Source: Nitrospinaceae bacterium
GTDB lineage: Bacteria; Nitrospinota; Nitrospinia; Nitrospinales; Nitrospinaceae
DNA: 64,000 bases
Direction: 5' to 3'
Assembly (NCBI GenBank): GCA_965223665.1
Contig: OZ245011.1
Span: 3,936,001-4,000,000 of the forward strand
Part shown: positions 31,776-41,595 of the stretch, piece by piece
Layout of the letters: each line of letters begins with the position of its first letter
Numbering within the stretch: position 1 is the first letter of the stretch
Program-made: the position numbers and the translations under genes
The notes under the pieces: model-generated
Databases searched by the model: none
What the model was told of the DNA's origin: nothing
The model's input: only the letters and a program-made list of their open reading frames with translations

Positions 31776-32303
31776 TTATTCTGTATGAAATTTGTAAGTG
31801 GCGATGAATTTTTCTGAATCTTCTTTGATTTGTGAAACGAGTTCTTGAAGTTGGGGCGAATCGACCTTCAGATGACCTAAACTATCATTCATTTCTCTAA
31901 TTGTATTTTCCAACTGACCGCTGTTTGCGATGGCAGTAGATTTGGAAATATTTTCCATATTCACTTTAATGCTGGCAATTTGATCATAGATATTATCCTG
32001 AATGCTTTCAAAAGCTCTTTCTTGATCACTTCTCAATTCATTTTTGTATTGATTGAGTTTGATTTCTACAGCATCTAATTGGGTTTGCTGGATGCTGTCA
32101 TTAGAATAGAAATAAGCTAACATCAATAGGATTACTCCTGTATAGAGCATCACTTTTAAAACTGTGGTTTCTTTTTTCCGATTCTGAATATTTGCTCTTA
32201 AGGCTTCGATTTCCTCTTTTAATGACTCAAGAGTGACAGATGTATTAGAAACTTCCAGTGTGGGTTCAGAAGAATTATCTTTTTGCGGTTGTTCCATGAT
32301 CAA
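31776..32303 (-). CDS. hypothetical single-TM coiled-coil protein
   Basis: One hydrophobic segment flanked by heptad-rich helices. Confidence 0.65.
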   Translation of the reverse strand: MIMEQPQKDNSSEPTLEVSNTSVTLESLKEEIEALRANIQNRKKETTVLKVMLYTGVILLMLAYFYSNDSIQQTQLDAVEIKLNQYKNELRSDQERAFESIQDNIYDQIASIKVNMENISKSTAIANSGQLENTIREMNDSLGHLKVDSPQLQELVSQIKEDSEKFIATYKFHTE

Positions 32304-32417
32304 GTAAACCTCAACGACAAATTTTATGATTGTTTAGAGAGTCAGTGATTTTATCCAATACTGGTTGAGGAGTCAAATGGATGTTGGTTTCTATTTTTGT
32401 TAATTAAAGGATCGGAA

Positions 32418-33788
32418 TTAATGATGAGAATTAAGTGATTCAAGTTTCTTTTTGGCTTCTGGATTTTGTGGATCCAACTGTAAAATGACTTTTAACTCCT
32501 GAATGGCTTCCGCAGGCCGACCTTGTTTTTCATAAATTTCGAAAAGTTTCCAATGAAGCGATAAGAAATCAAGCCCTAATTCTACAGCTTTTGAATACGC
32601 TTTTTCGGCTTTATGGATCTTATTTAGAGCAAATTGTGAATTCCCTAAATTAAAATAGGCTATGGCAAACTCAGGGTCTAAGTTGATGGCCTTTTGCAAG
32701 TAAGGTAAAGCTTCTTTGGCTTTATTTTGTTTATTAAGAACGGCTCCTAAATTAGAAAGCGCCTGTATAAAATTAGGATATACAGCAATGGCTTGTTTAA
32801 AACGAGTGACTGCTTTCTCTAAATCTCCTTGACGGAAATATTGACCTCCAAGATTTGACAGGGCTTCAGGAAAATTAGGGTTTAACTTAAGGGCTTTTTC
32901 GTATTCTTTAATAGCGTTATCTACTTCTCCAATATTGCGATAGGCGATGGCCAAATCATAATAGGCAATTGGAAAGTTGGGATTTAAACTCAAGAATTTT
33001 TTTAAAAGATTGATGGCTTTGTTTGGGTCGCCCTCATCAAAAAGTGCAAAACTTCCACGATAATACATTGCTTCCCTGGATGTTTTATCTTGCTCCAGTA
33101 ATTGTTCAAAAGTTAATTTTAAATTTTCATTTAATTTGGGTTTTATGTAATTAATGGGTAATGCGAGGTTAATGGCTCGTCCTTCTACTGTTGAGATACC
33201 CACTACCTGATTTTTATTGTTTACCAGGGGGCCCCCGCTAAACCCAGAACTTAAAGGAGTTGTTGAATAAATGAAATTAAAATCGGGGAAGGCTTGTGGG
33301 TGCATGCCTAAAGTAAACCCATAGGTTTGGAGTAAGTTGTTTTTTGCTGAAATTGCGTTCATTCTTACTGCTTGAATAGGATAACCAAGGGCACTGGAAT
33401 AATGAAAATCTCTAATTTCATCAGAATTGCCCAGTTCAAGGGTGGAATAGAATCCTTCCTTTAACTGAAGAATGCAGAAATCTTTGGTTCGATCCAAATT
33501 CCTTATGAATTCAACGGGAACATGAGTCCCATCTCTAAAGAATGCTTCCATTGCAGAGGCATTCAGTAAATTATGATAATTGGAAACCACTATTCCCTCT
33601 GGCTGAATTACGAATCCTGTCCCGGTAGAAACCACTTGGCCTTGCTTATTTTTTGCTGCCAGAAGGACGATTGCATTTTTATTGACCTCATATCCCCATC
33701 CTTTAAATGGAAAGGATATGAAAACAAGACACAGCAAAAGAAAATAAGTTCGAAAGTTTTTAAATAAATTGGATGAGAAAAAATTCAT
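32418..33788 (-). CDS. exported trypsin-like serine protease with C-terminal TPR repeats
   Basis: Signal peptide; GTGF, SNYH, D, GFSGGPL triad motifs; several 34-aa TPRs. Confidence 0.88.
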   Translation of the reverse strand: MNFFSSNLFKNFRTYFLLLCLVFISFPFKGWGYEVNKNAIVLLAAKNKQGQVVSTGTGFVIQPEGIVVSNYHNLLNASAMEAFFRDGTHVPVEFIRNLDRTKDFCILQLKEGFYSTLELGNSDEIRDFHYSSALGYPIQAVRMNAISAKNNLLQTYGFTLGMHPQAFPDFNFIYSTTPLSSGFSGGPLVNNKNQVVGISTVEGRAINLALPINYIKPKLNENLKLTFEQLLEQDKTSREAMYYRGSFALFDEGDPNKAINLLKKFLSLNPNFPIAYYDLAIAYRNIGEVDNAIKEYEKALKLNPNFPEALSNLGGQYFRQGDLEKAVTRFKQAIAVYPNFIQALSNLGAVLNKQNKAKEALPYLQKAINLDPEFAIAYFNLGNSQFALNKIHKAEKAYSKAVELGLDFLSLHWKLFEIYEKQGRPAEAIQELKVILQLDPQNPEAKKKLESLNSHH

Positions 33789-33929
33789 AATTCAAATGCA
33801 ATTTACTTTCTACTTTTCGAAAAAATGCAGAAAGTCTTAGAGCCATAAATTGAATAATATATTTTGTTCAAATTTCTTTTTAATTGATTGTATAAAGGGG
33901 CTTATTAGAATACAAGTGAATTAAGCTTG

Positions 33930-33975
33930 AAAAGAAAGAGCCGACCCCGGATTTTCAGAGGTCGGCTACTTTTTT
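33930..33975 (-). terminator. intrinsic terminator (possibly bidirectional)
   Basis: AGCCGACC/GGTCGGCT stem (33939-33967) with an A-rich left flank and T-rich right flank, just after the stop of the gene ending at 33984. Confidence 0.75.
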
Positions 33976-33983
33976 AGGGAATA

Positions 33984-34400
33984 TTACTGAACATTCACGA
34001 TTACGGTTGCGGTAATCGGAGGATTGTAAGGTACATGGTTGCCTTGCGCAAATAGACCACGGATAACGTGAACTCCTGATTCTAGTTTTACTTCTTTACA
34101 TGTAGAACCATCTCCCATATGCAAATGTTGTGCGTCTTTTCCAATGGGTTTACTTAAATCGCCAGGAAGGTCGGTATCTACCAAAATATGATGGTGTCCT
34201 TTGCCGTCGTTGACACCTTTTTTTGCTGGTTCTACTTCTACTCCATGAGTAACCAGGCAAACTTTTACTGGACTGGAAACAGTTGCGCCATTAGCTGGCT
34301 CTGAAATGGCAATAGCGCGTGTTCCTGCAGTGGCAGTAGAGATTGCAAAAACCAATAAAGAAATTAGCAGAACTCCAAACTTTAAAAAAATTTTTGTCAT
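33984..34400 (-). CDS. exported DUF4399-like His-rich protein
   Basis: Signal peptide; PANGATVSSP, GHHHILVD, HLHMGDG, H-x-P-Y pattern. ATG 34400 follows AAGGAG. Confidence 0.8.
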   Translation of the reverse strand: MTKIFLKFGVLLISLLVFAISTATAGTRAIAISEPANGATVSSPVKVCLVTHGVEVEPAKKGVNDGKGHHHILVDTDLPGDLSKPIGKDAQHLHMGDGSTCKEVKLESGVHVIRGLFAQGNHVPYNPPITATVIVNVQ

Positions 34401-34873
34401 TACAGTCACTCCTTAATCAAGCAGTTTAGTTTTAAACGGGTGGTTCGTTTGTTCAGGTGATGACCCTTAAAGCCAAATAGAAACAAAGATTTAAAGGACC
34501 TAAGAAGTCAAATTATTTTTCCGGGTATTTTTCCTCACCCAAAATATCCAAAGAAAAGCCACCCTCCCTTTTTGCCCTTTCCCTTGTTGGGATTTGGATA
34601 GGGTTTTGAAAATATTTAGATAAGGCTATTTTGAATTAGATTCACCTTTTTGTTTAAAAATAAAACTGAAAAAAAGCATTTTTCACCTAATTTATTCGGG
34701 GTTCCTAAAGAAATGTCAGAATTCCTGTTTTACTCAAGTAGAGAATTACTTATAGGCTTTTCCTTAAGACAAAAAAATTATATACTTACGGGAATTCAAA
34801 ACAAACTTTTAACCTTTAAAATGGTTTTTAATAACACCTCTCTTGTAAGAGTGGTGAAATATTGGAGGATTTA

Positions 34874-35785
34874 ATGGATTTACCTGTCACTGGAGAATGT
34901 CGTCTCTTACACACATGTGAAATGTGTGAATACAATAATGACAATGATTGTAAAGCCGATAAAAACGAACACAACCGCTGGTTGGTCAACAAGCGTATGA
35001 GTGAGATTAAGTATAAAATTATTGTCGGAAGTAATAAAGGCGGAGTGGGAAAAAGTACAGTTACTACAAACTTGGCAATCGCACTCGCTGAAAAAGGAAA
35101 TAAAGTTGGATTGGCGGATGCCGATTTGCACGGGCCTAATATTCCCAAACTTTTAAATGCAGAAAGTGTTCGATTGCGGGCTGAGGACGATGGTATTTCT
35201 CCTTTTGAAACACGCAATGGAGTTAAAGTAGCTTCTTTGGGCTTCCTGATTGAAGATCCTAATATGCATATCGCTTGGCGGGATGCAGTGAAATATGATT
35301 TCATCATCGAGTTATTAGGAAATATTAATTGGGGTCCTTTGGATTATTTGCTGATTGACTTACCTCCAGGCACAGGTAATGAGCAGATTACAATAATTGA
35401 CTTTATTGGGGAAGTTGATGGCTGTGTGGTGGTAACGACTCCACAAGATTTGGCTCTATTAGATGCAAGAAAAATGATTTCTTTTGCGAGAGATAGTAAC
35501 GTCCCCATTGTTGGAATTATTGAAAACATGAGCACAATGGTTTGTCCTCACTGCCAGGCTGAAATTGATGTATTCAAAAAAGATGGCGGGCAAAAGCTTG
35601 CTGAAGAATTGGTGCTGCCTTATTTAGGAAGTATCCCCTTAGATTCTGAGGTGGCTATTCGCTCGGACAGTGGAGAACCTGTTGTGCTTTCTCGACCCGA
35701 CTCGGCTGCAAGTAAAGCATTTTTACAATTAGCAGAAAACTGTCATAAATTCCTCAATCCTGAAGAGTCTTTAAAGGCTGGATAA
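34874..35785 (+). CDS. mrp: Mrp/NBP35 (ApbC) Fe-S cluster carrier ATPase
   Basis: KGGVGKST, DADLHGP, DLPPGTG, VTTPQ, ENMS, CPHC. ATG 34874 follows GGAGG. Confidence 0.93.
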   Translation: MDLPVTGECRLLHTCEMCEYNNDNDCKADKNEHNRWLVNKRMSEIKYKIIVGSNKGGVGKSTVTTNLAIALAEKGNKVGLADADLHGPNIPKLLNAESVRLRAEDDGISPFETRNGVKVASLGFLIEDPNMHIAWRDAVKYDFIIELLGNINWGPLDYLLIDLPPGTGNEQITIIDFIGEVDGCVVVTTPQDLALLDARKMISFARDSNVPIVGIIENMSTMVCPHCQAEIDVFKKDGGQKLAEELVLPYLGSIPLDSEVAIRSDSGEPVVLSRPDSAASKAFLQLAENCHKFLNPEESLKAG

Positions 35786-35787
35786 TA

Positions 35788-35845
35788 AAAACAGAAAAAC
35801 CTGATATTATTTTTTTTGTAGATAGGTTTTTCTGTTTTGTTTTTG
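35788..35845 (+). terminator. terminator-like hairpin after mrp
   Basis: AAAACAGAAAAACCT (35788-35802) pairs with AGGTTTTTCTGTTTT (35824-35838); T-rich tail. Confidence 0.55.
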
Positions 35846-36010
35846 TCTAATTAATTGATTTTAAATGTTTTATTGGCAAAATAAAGCCATTGCGTAAACT
35901 CCCTTAAATGTTAGATAATAGTAGATAACGAAAAAAAAGTTAAGTATGTTTTGAGCTTTTAATTTCAATTAAATTGTAATTTGTATTCCGGCAACCGAGA
36001 AAAGTTGAAA

Positions 36011-37078
36011 ATGAAAAAATTAATTATTTTTGTAGTTTGGTGCTTTTTGGTTTTTTCTTTAACTCCTATAGCATCCTTCGCAGACCCTCTTCCAAGTGAT
36101 ACAAGACAATATATCCAGCCATTTACAAATAATCCCACGGTAGCAATTGTAGAAGGACGGCCTATTCAATTAGATGAATTAAAGAACTCAAGTATTCAGC
36201 AAATGATGATGCAGTTGTACCAAATGCAAAAAACAATTTTGAAACAAAAGGTTGTGGAAATTTTGCAAAAAAACCATCCTGAAATTCGATTGAAGGATTT
36301 CCAACCAGTAAAGAATAAAGAAATTGAAAGTTTTTATCATAATGAACCTGGGATCAAAGATATAGGTAATTTGCCGGATTTAAAAAATGAAATACGTATG
36401 TTTTTAGAAAAAAGACAACGTCAGACCCATTTGAGAGACATTGATAAAACTTATAACTATGCAATAAGTAAAGGATGGGTCATTGACCACTTTAGACCTC
36501 CAAACGATTTTCGAGTGATTGCCGATATTGGGACAGCTATGCTGTGGTTTCCTCGAAAGCCGCATAAAATGAGAAGAGTTTTTTTAATGGAGTATTCAGA
36601 CTTTTTATGCCCTTTTTGTCAAAAAGTCCAACGCACGATCAATAGTTTGCGGACTCGTTATAAAGAAAAAGTTCAATTTGGTTATAGACACTTTCCTCTA
36701 CATCAGGAGGCGAGGGAAATTTCTGAAGCAGCAGAATGTGCCCGAGAACAGGGGAAATTTTGGCAATACCAAAGGATTATTTATAATAATCCACAAAGTC
36801 ATAAAAACTTTGACCAACTTGTGCAAACCGCTCGCCTGGCAGGTGTGAAAAATCTCACTAGATTTCAGCGGTGCTTGAGTCAAAATAAATATAGGCAACG
36901 TGTAGAAAATGATATTCAAGAAGGAATAGAATTAGGAATTGAGGGAACGCCGTCATTCATAATTGGGACTTATAATCCTGAAAACTCTACGATAAATGGA
37001 GAAATTTTATCTGGCGCAGTTACTGGGGAAAAATTTTCTCATGTCATTGAAAAATACTTGTCTTCCCTAAATAATTGA
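36011..37078 (+). CDS. exported DsbA/thioredoxin-fold protein with N-terminal helical domain
   Basis: Signal peptide; YSDFLCPFC, RHFPL, AAECAREQGKFW, GTPSF. Confidence 0.88.
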   Translation: MKKLIIFVVWCFLVFSLTPIASFADPLPSDTRQYIQPFTNNPTVAIVEGRPIQLDELKNSSIQQMMMQLYQMQKTILKQKVVEILQKNHPEIRLKDFQPVKNKEIESFYHNEPGIKDIGNLPDLKNEIRMFLEKRQRQTHLRDIDKTYNYAISKGWVIDHFRPPNDFRVIADIGTAMLWFPRKPHKMRRVFLMEYSDFLCPFCQKVQRTINSLRTRYKEKVQFGYRHFPLHQEAREISEAAECAREQGKFWQYQRIIYNNPQSHKNFDQLVQTARLAGVKNLTRFQRCLSQNKYRQRVENDIQEGIELGIEGTPSFIIGTYNPENSTINGEILSGAVTGEKFSHVIEKYLSSLNN

Positions 37079-37094
37079 TCAGGAGTTTTTACCC

Positions 37095-37685
37095 TTGAAT
37101 TTGCTCTATTCCCTTAAGCCAAAGGGTTTCTTTAAGTTTAGGTTTTTTCCCTTCCGATTTTACTTAGCACTTTTTTTCCCTCTGATTTACTTAGTAAATT
37201 TCTCTTTTACGGGATTGGTCGAAGGCTCGCCACTATTCAAAGAATATTTATCTGAATCCAATAGTAAGGGCCAGGAAATATATATTCAGGCTATGCCAGA
37301 TAAAGATGATTTGTATCCTGGAGATAGCTTTTATTTTTTTTTAATGGTGGATCTAGCGCCCGGCTGGCATATATATTCCCTCAGCAAACAAGATGTTGAG
37401 GAAGATATTTCTACAAAAGTTTTAATGGATCCAAACAAATTTATTTGGGAGGGAGAATGGCAGGAATCTGACCCTCAGTTAGTCAAAGATGAGGTGTTGG
37501 GGAAAGTGATGAAAACGCATTCCAAGCGCGCTGAATTTTCCCACCGTATGATGGTACCTAATAATATCTCTCCAGGAACTTATTCCCTGCAAGGGAAGCT
37601 TACCTACAGCACCTGCAATAATAAAATTTGCAGTCTTCCTCGGCAAAAACGATTTATTTCTCATGTTATAGTAAAGAATAAATAG
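37095..37685 (+). CDS. stand-alone DsbD N-terminal (Ig-like) domain protein
   Basis: GWHIYS and YSTCNNKICSLP (CxxxxC); N-terminal hydrophobic segment. Confidence 0.75.
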   Translation: MNLLYSLKPKGFFKFRFFPFRFYLALFFPLIYLVNFSFTGLVEGSPLFKEYLSESNSKGQEIYIQAMPDKDDLYPGDSFYFFLMVDLAPGWHIYSLSKQDVEEDISTKVLMDPNKFIWEGEWQESDPQLVKDEVLGKVMKTHSKRAEFSHRMMVPNNISPGTYSLQGKLTYSTCNNKICSLPRQKRFISHVIVKNK

Positions 37686-37720
37686 TTTTAATTTTTTTTT
37701 CGATCCATTGAAATATTTTT

Positions 37721-40360
37721 ATGGAAGTAATCACAACACATTTTAACGCAGATTTTGACTGTATGGCATCTATGGTGGCCGTTCAGAAATTGTACCCAGA
37801 TGCGAAAATGGTGTTTTCTGGATCAATGGAAAAGGCTTTGCAAAATTTCTTAAAGGCTTTTGGATATCCCTTTCAATTCACCAAAATTAAAGAAGTGGAC
37901 TTTGAAAAAATCACACTTCTTGTTGTGGTGGATACTCAAGATCCCAACCGGATTGGTCCATTTAAATCGCTGTTGAATAAAAAAAATATACAGGTACATG
38001 TTTATGATCATCATTTAGATGTGGCAAACCCAATTCAGGCTGAGAAAAAATTTATCATGAAGCGAGGTTCTACGACGACCATGCTCTGTGAAATGCTTGC
38101 TGAAAAGGGTATCAATTTTTCTAAAACTGAAAACACACTTATGGCTTTGGGGATCTATCAGGATACACATTCATTAATTTCGCCTTCTACTTGCCCAGAG
38201 GATTTTTTTGCGGTGGGTCAGTTGGTAAAAAATGGAGTCGATTTAAACGTTGTTGCAGACTTCGTCGAAGCAAAGCTGAATAGAGATCAGTTAGAGGTTA
38301 TGAACATTTTGATTGGAAATTTAGAAATCCAAAACTTTAATGGTGTTGATATTGCAATATCTACTGCGACCTTGGAAAATTACATTGGAGATTTAGCAGT
38401 AGTTGTCTATCGGTTAATGCAATTAGAAAACTTGGGCATAATGTTTGCTGTGCTACGTTTGGAATCACGAATATATTTAATTGGCCGTAGTAGATCTGAT
38501 GAGGTGAATGTAGGGCATGTTTTAAGACACTTTGGAGGTGGAGGGCATCCCAATGCGGCATCGGCTAGTATTAAAGAATTAACCTTGATTGAAACCCGGG
38601 AAAAACTTAATTCAATTCTATCTGAGGAGGTCAAGCCCTTAGAGTTGGTAAAAAACATTATGCATGCTCCCGTAATTACTGCTTCCGCAAAAAACTCTGT
38701 GGAGGAAGTTGAGAAAAAGATGACTAAGTTTAATCTCAATTCTTTGCCGGTGGTCGTTGGGAAAAAACCGGTTGGATTGATAACTAGACAAATTGTGGAG
38801 AAAGCCCTTCATCATAAATTGGCAAAAGAGCCTGTCGAAGAAATTATGATCCATGAAATCACTGTCACAACTCCAGATTCTTATTTCAAATCAATTGTGC
38901 CAATTATAGTTGAGGAAAAACAGAAAGTAATTCCAGTTGTTCATCCAAAAGACGGAAAACTTTTGGGTGTTGTTAGCCGCGGGGATTTGTTAAGAATCTT
39001 ACATAAAGATTTGGCAAGTTATTCAACGGGTTCATACGCACCTTTGCTTCAAGAGAAGGAGTATTTAGTAAAGAACCTAAAAAGTTTAATGACGGAACGT
39101 ATGCCAAGAGAAATTATGAATTTATTGGCAGTAACTGTGAAAACAGCGAATAAAATGGATTGCAAAGTTTATGCTGTAGGTGGTTTTGTGAGGGATTTGT
39201 TGTTAAGAGTTGAGAATTTGGACATTGATATTGTTGTTGAGGGGAATGGTGTTGAGTTTGCTGCGGCTTTGGGGGATAAACTTAAAGGTCGAGTAATTTC
39301 CCATAAAAAATTTGGAACCTCTGTAGTTGTTCTGCCTAATGGATATAAAATCGATGTAGCTACGGCTAGAGTTGAGTATTATAAACATCCTGCTGCCTTA
39401 CCCACTGTTGAAAAAAGTTCAATAAAATCGGATTTATTTCGTAGAGACTTTACTTTTAACAGTTTAGCTATCAAATTGAATGGTTCAGATGCATTTAACC
39501 TGATTGATTTTTTTAATGGCCAACGTGATTTAAAAGAAAAGGTAGTGAGAGTTTTGCATAATTTGAGTTTTGTTGAAGATCCATGCCGGGCCTTTAGAGC
39601 AGTTCGTTTTGAACAGAGATTGAAGTTTTCAATTGGTAAGCAAACAGAATCATTTATAAAAAGGGCTGTGAAAAAAAAATTATTTGATAGTCTAAGCGGC
39701 CATCGTTTATTTAATGAGTTGGTTTTGATTTTGAAGGAAAAGAAAGTTGTGGAATGTGCCCGTCGAATGAATGAGCTTGGTCTTTTAAAAAGTGTTCTTC
39801 CTCAATTAGCTAAAGGATCTAAACACTTTGAAAACTTAGAAAAAATTCAAGGGATTTTATCTTTGTCTAATGTGGTATCTTTAATTCCTGCCTCGGAAAT
39901 ATGGTGGGTGAACTTTTTAGGGTTAACTTCTAACCTGGATTCAAAAGCCAGTTCTGAATTAATAGATCGATTAAAAATGACCGGAAAAATTCTTCGCAGA
40001 TTTAAAAAAGATAGAGAGGATTATCCCAAATCCTTAAAAGCATTAAAAAAATTTAAAAATCCTCAGCCTAGCGATATTTATAATTTGTTAAGGGAGGTTT
40101 CCCGAGAGTCTATCTTATTTTTAATGGCTATCTCTGGCAATGAAGCAATTAATAAACAGCTACTATTGTACATCACCCAATATGATAGTTCTGCTGATCT
40201 GTTTTTGGATGGAGAGGATTTAAAGAATATGGGAATTAAACCCGGCCCTCTTTTTAAACAAGTTTTTAAAGTATTGAGAGATGCAAAGCTTGATGGAGTT
40301 GTCCGAACTCGTGAAGATGAGATGGCTTTGGTCAATGAAAAATTTATAGAGACACCTTGA
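37721..40360 (+). CDS. DHH/DHHA1-CBS-CBS fused class II tRNA nucleotidyltransferase (CCA- or A-adding)
   Basis: HFNADFD, DHH, GGGGH, CBS pair, then VGGFVRDLL, DIDI, RRDFT, EDPCR. Confidence 0.9.
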   Translation: MEVITTHFNADFDCMASMVAVQKLYPDAKMVFSGSMEKALQNFLKAFGYPFQFTKIKEVDFEKITLLVVVDTQDPNRIGPFKSLLNKKNIQVHVYDHHLDVANPIQAEKKFIMKRGSTTTMLCEMLAEKGINFSKTENTLMALGIYQDTHSLISPSTCPEDFFAVGQLVKNGVDLNVVADFVEAKLNRDQLEVMNILIGNLEIQNFNGVDIAISTATLENYIGDLAVVVYRLMQLENLGIMFAVLRLESRIYLIGRSRSDEVNVGHVLRHFGGGGHPNAASASIKELTLIETREKLNSILSEEVKPLELVKNIMHAPVITASAKNSVEEVEKKMTKFNLNSLPVVVGKKPVGLITRQIVEKALHHKLAKEPVEEIMIHEITVTTPDSYFKSIVPIIVEEKQKVIPVVHPKDGKLLGVVSRGDLLRILHKDLASYSTGSYAPLLQEKEYLVKNLKSLMTERMPREIMNLLAVTVKTANKMDCKVYAVGGFVRDLLLRVENLDIDIVVEGNGVEFAAALGDKLKGRVISHKKFGTSVVVLPNGYKIDVATARVEYYKHPAALPTVEKSSIKSDLFRRDFTFNSLAIKLNGSDAFNLIDFFNGQRDLKEKVVRVLHNLSFVEDPCRAFRAVRFEQRLKFSIGKQTESFIKRAVKKKLFDSLSGHRLFNELVLILKEKKVVECARRMNELGLLKSVLPQLAKGSKHFENLEKIQGILSLSNVVSLIPASEIWWVNFLGLTSNLDSKASSELIDRLKMTGKILRRFKKDREDYPKSLKALKKFKNPQPSDIYNLLREVSRESILFLMAISGNEAINKQLLLYITQYDSSADLFLDGEDLKNMGIKPGPLFKQVFKVLRDAKLDGVVRTREDEMALVNEKFIETP

Positions 40361-40455
40361 GTCCCATGAAAATTGTTGGATGAAATTATGTTATACTTCG
40401 TCCAAAATTTTTTAAATTGAAAATAATTTTCGCCATATTTTGAAAGGGCTTTGTT

Positions 40456-40989
40456 GTGGCAAGTGTGGAATATTTGATTAAACAGTTTTTAAGTCCTGAT
40501 AAGAGGACTCTGGATCTAAGTAATTATAACTTGGGGGATAAAGGATGTACTGCTTTAACCAATTCAAAACAAATAAAATCCGGTAAATTGCGTATTTTAC
40601 GTCTTCCAAATAACAATATAAGCGATGAAGGTGTAAAGGAACTCGCGGATTGCGAGTTTTTTAATAATTTAAGAGAATTAGATTTATACGGAAACGTAAT
40701 TAGTGACGATGGTGTGAAAGCTATTGCCCTATCTCCTCATTTTGAAAAGCTAAAAAAATTAGGTCTTTATGGGAACCTTATTGAGGACGAAGGCGCAATT
40801 GCCCTTGCAGAATCCGATGTGTTAACAAAAGTAACCCATCTTTACTTAACCGCTAATAGAATTCGTAAAGAAGGAATTGATGCTTTAAAAAATGCAAAAT
40901 GTCGTACACGTTTTTGCCACTTATATGTTGATGACCTTTCGGATTTTGCTTATGAAGATGATTTGGATGATGAAGAGGATGATGATTGA
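40456..40989 (+). CDS. leucine-rich repeat protein with acidic tail
   Basis: 27-aa repeats (LRELDLYGNVISDDGVKAIALSPHFEK); C-terminal poly-Asp/Glu. Confidence 0.85.
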   Translation: MASVEYLIKQFLSPDKRTLDLSNYNLGDKGCTALTNSKQIKSGKLRILRLPNNNISDEGVKELADCEFFNNLRELDLYGNVISDDGVKAIALSPHFEKLKKLGLYGNLIEDEGAIALAESDVLTKVTHLYLTANRIRKEGIDALKNAKCRTRFCHLYVDDLSDFAYEDDLDDEEDDD

Positions 40990-40992
40990 TTC

Positions 40993-41574
40993 ATGATTGC
41001 CAATCAAATGTTTAAAATTATTTTTATTTTTACCCTGGGATTGATAGCTGTTTCAAACTCTTCCGAGGCGCAGTTTTTTGAAAATAAAGATTATTTTGAT
41101 GATTCAAAAATTAATTATAATCAGATTTTTCAACAGGGTCTTTCTGCCAACGGAAAATCATTGAATCTATCCGGAAAAAAAATTGGAGACGAGGGCGTGA
41201 AGGCTTTAGTTTCTTATGCCCCTTTGGAAAAGGTAACCAAAATGGATTTGCGTTACAACAAGATTTCAGAGAAGGGGGCTAAGTTATTAGCGGATTGTAA
41301 AGAGTTGAGAAAGATAAAAAAATTGGATTTAAGACATAATTATTTTTTAGATGCAGGAGCTATTATGCTGGCTAATTCTAGTGGGTTACCTAATCTTGAA
41401 AAGTTAAACTTGAGTTTTAATGAAATTCGAGATCAAGGAGCCCTGGCATTTGCCAAATCCAAAAACTTTCCTAAACTTAGAAAGCTGGATTTAGCTGGAA
41501 ATTTTCTAGCGGATGAAACTAAGCAAACTCTAAAAAAAGACTTAAGTCACCTCAAGTCTCTTAAACTATATTAG
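40993..41574 (+). CDS. exported leucine-rich repeat protein
   Basis: Signal peptide (SEA/Q); 27-aa repeats (LEKLNLSFNEIRDQGALAFAKSKNFPK). Confidence 0.85.
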   Translation: MIANQMFKIIFIFTLGLIAVSNSSEAQFFENKDYFDDSKINYNQIFQQGLSANGKSLNLSGKKIGDEGVKALVSYAPLEKVTKMDLRYNKISEKGAKLLADCKELRKIKKLDLRHNYFLDAGAIMLANSSGLPNLEKLNLSFNEIRDQGALAFAKSKNFPKLRKLDLAGNFLADETKQTLKKDLSHLKSLKLY

Positions 41575-41595
41575 TTTAATTGTTTTAATTGTAAG

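Noticed and set aside
34410-34620. Possible PP-ending leader peptide upstream of the DUF4399-like gene (..NEPPV-stop)
   Set aside because: An in-frame stop lies a few codons upstream, so there is no usable ORF.
34828-35307. Minus-strand 159-aa ORF
   Set aside because: Antisense shadow of mrp.
35848-35860. IHF-like site (AATCAATTAATTA on the minus strand)
   Set aside because: Expected by chance in such AT-rich DNA; no linked promoter evidence.
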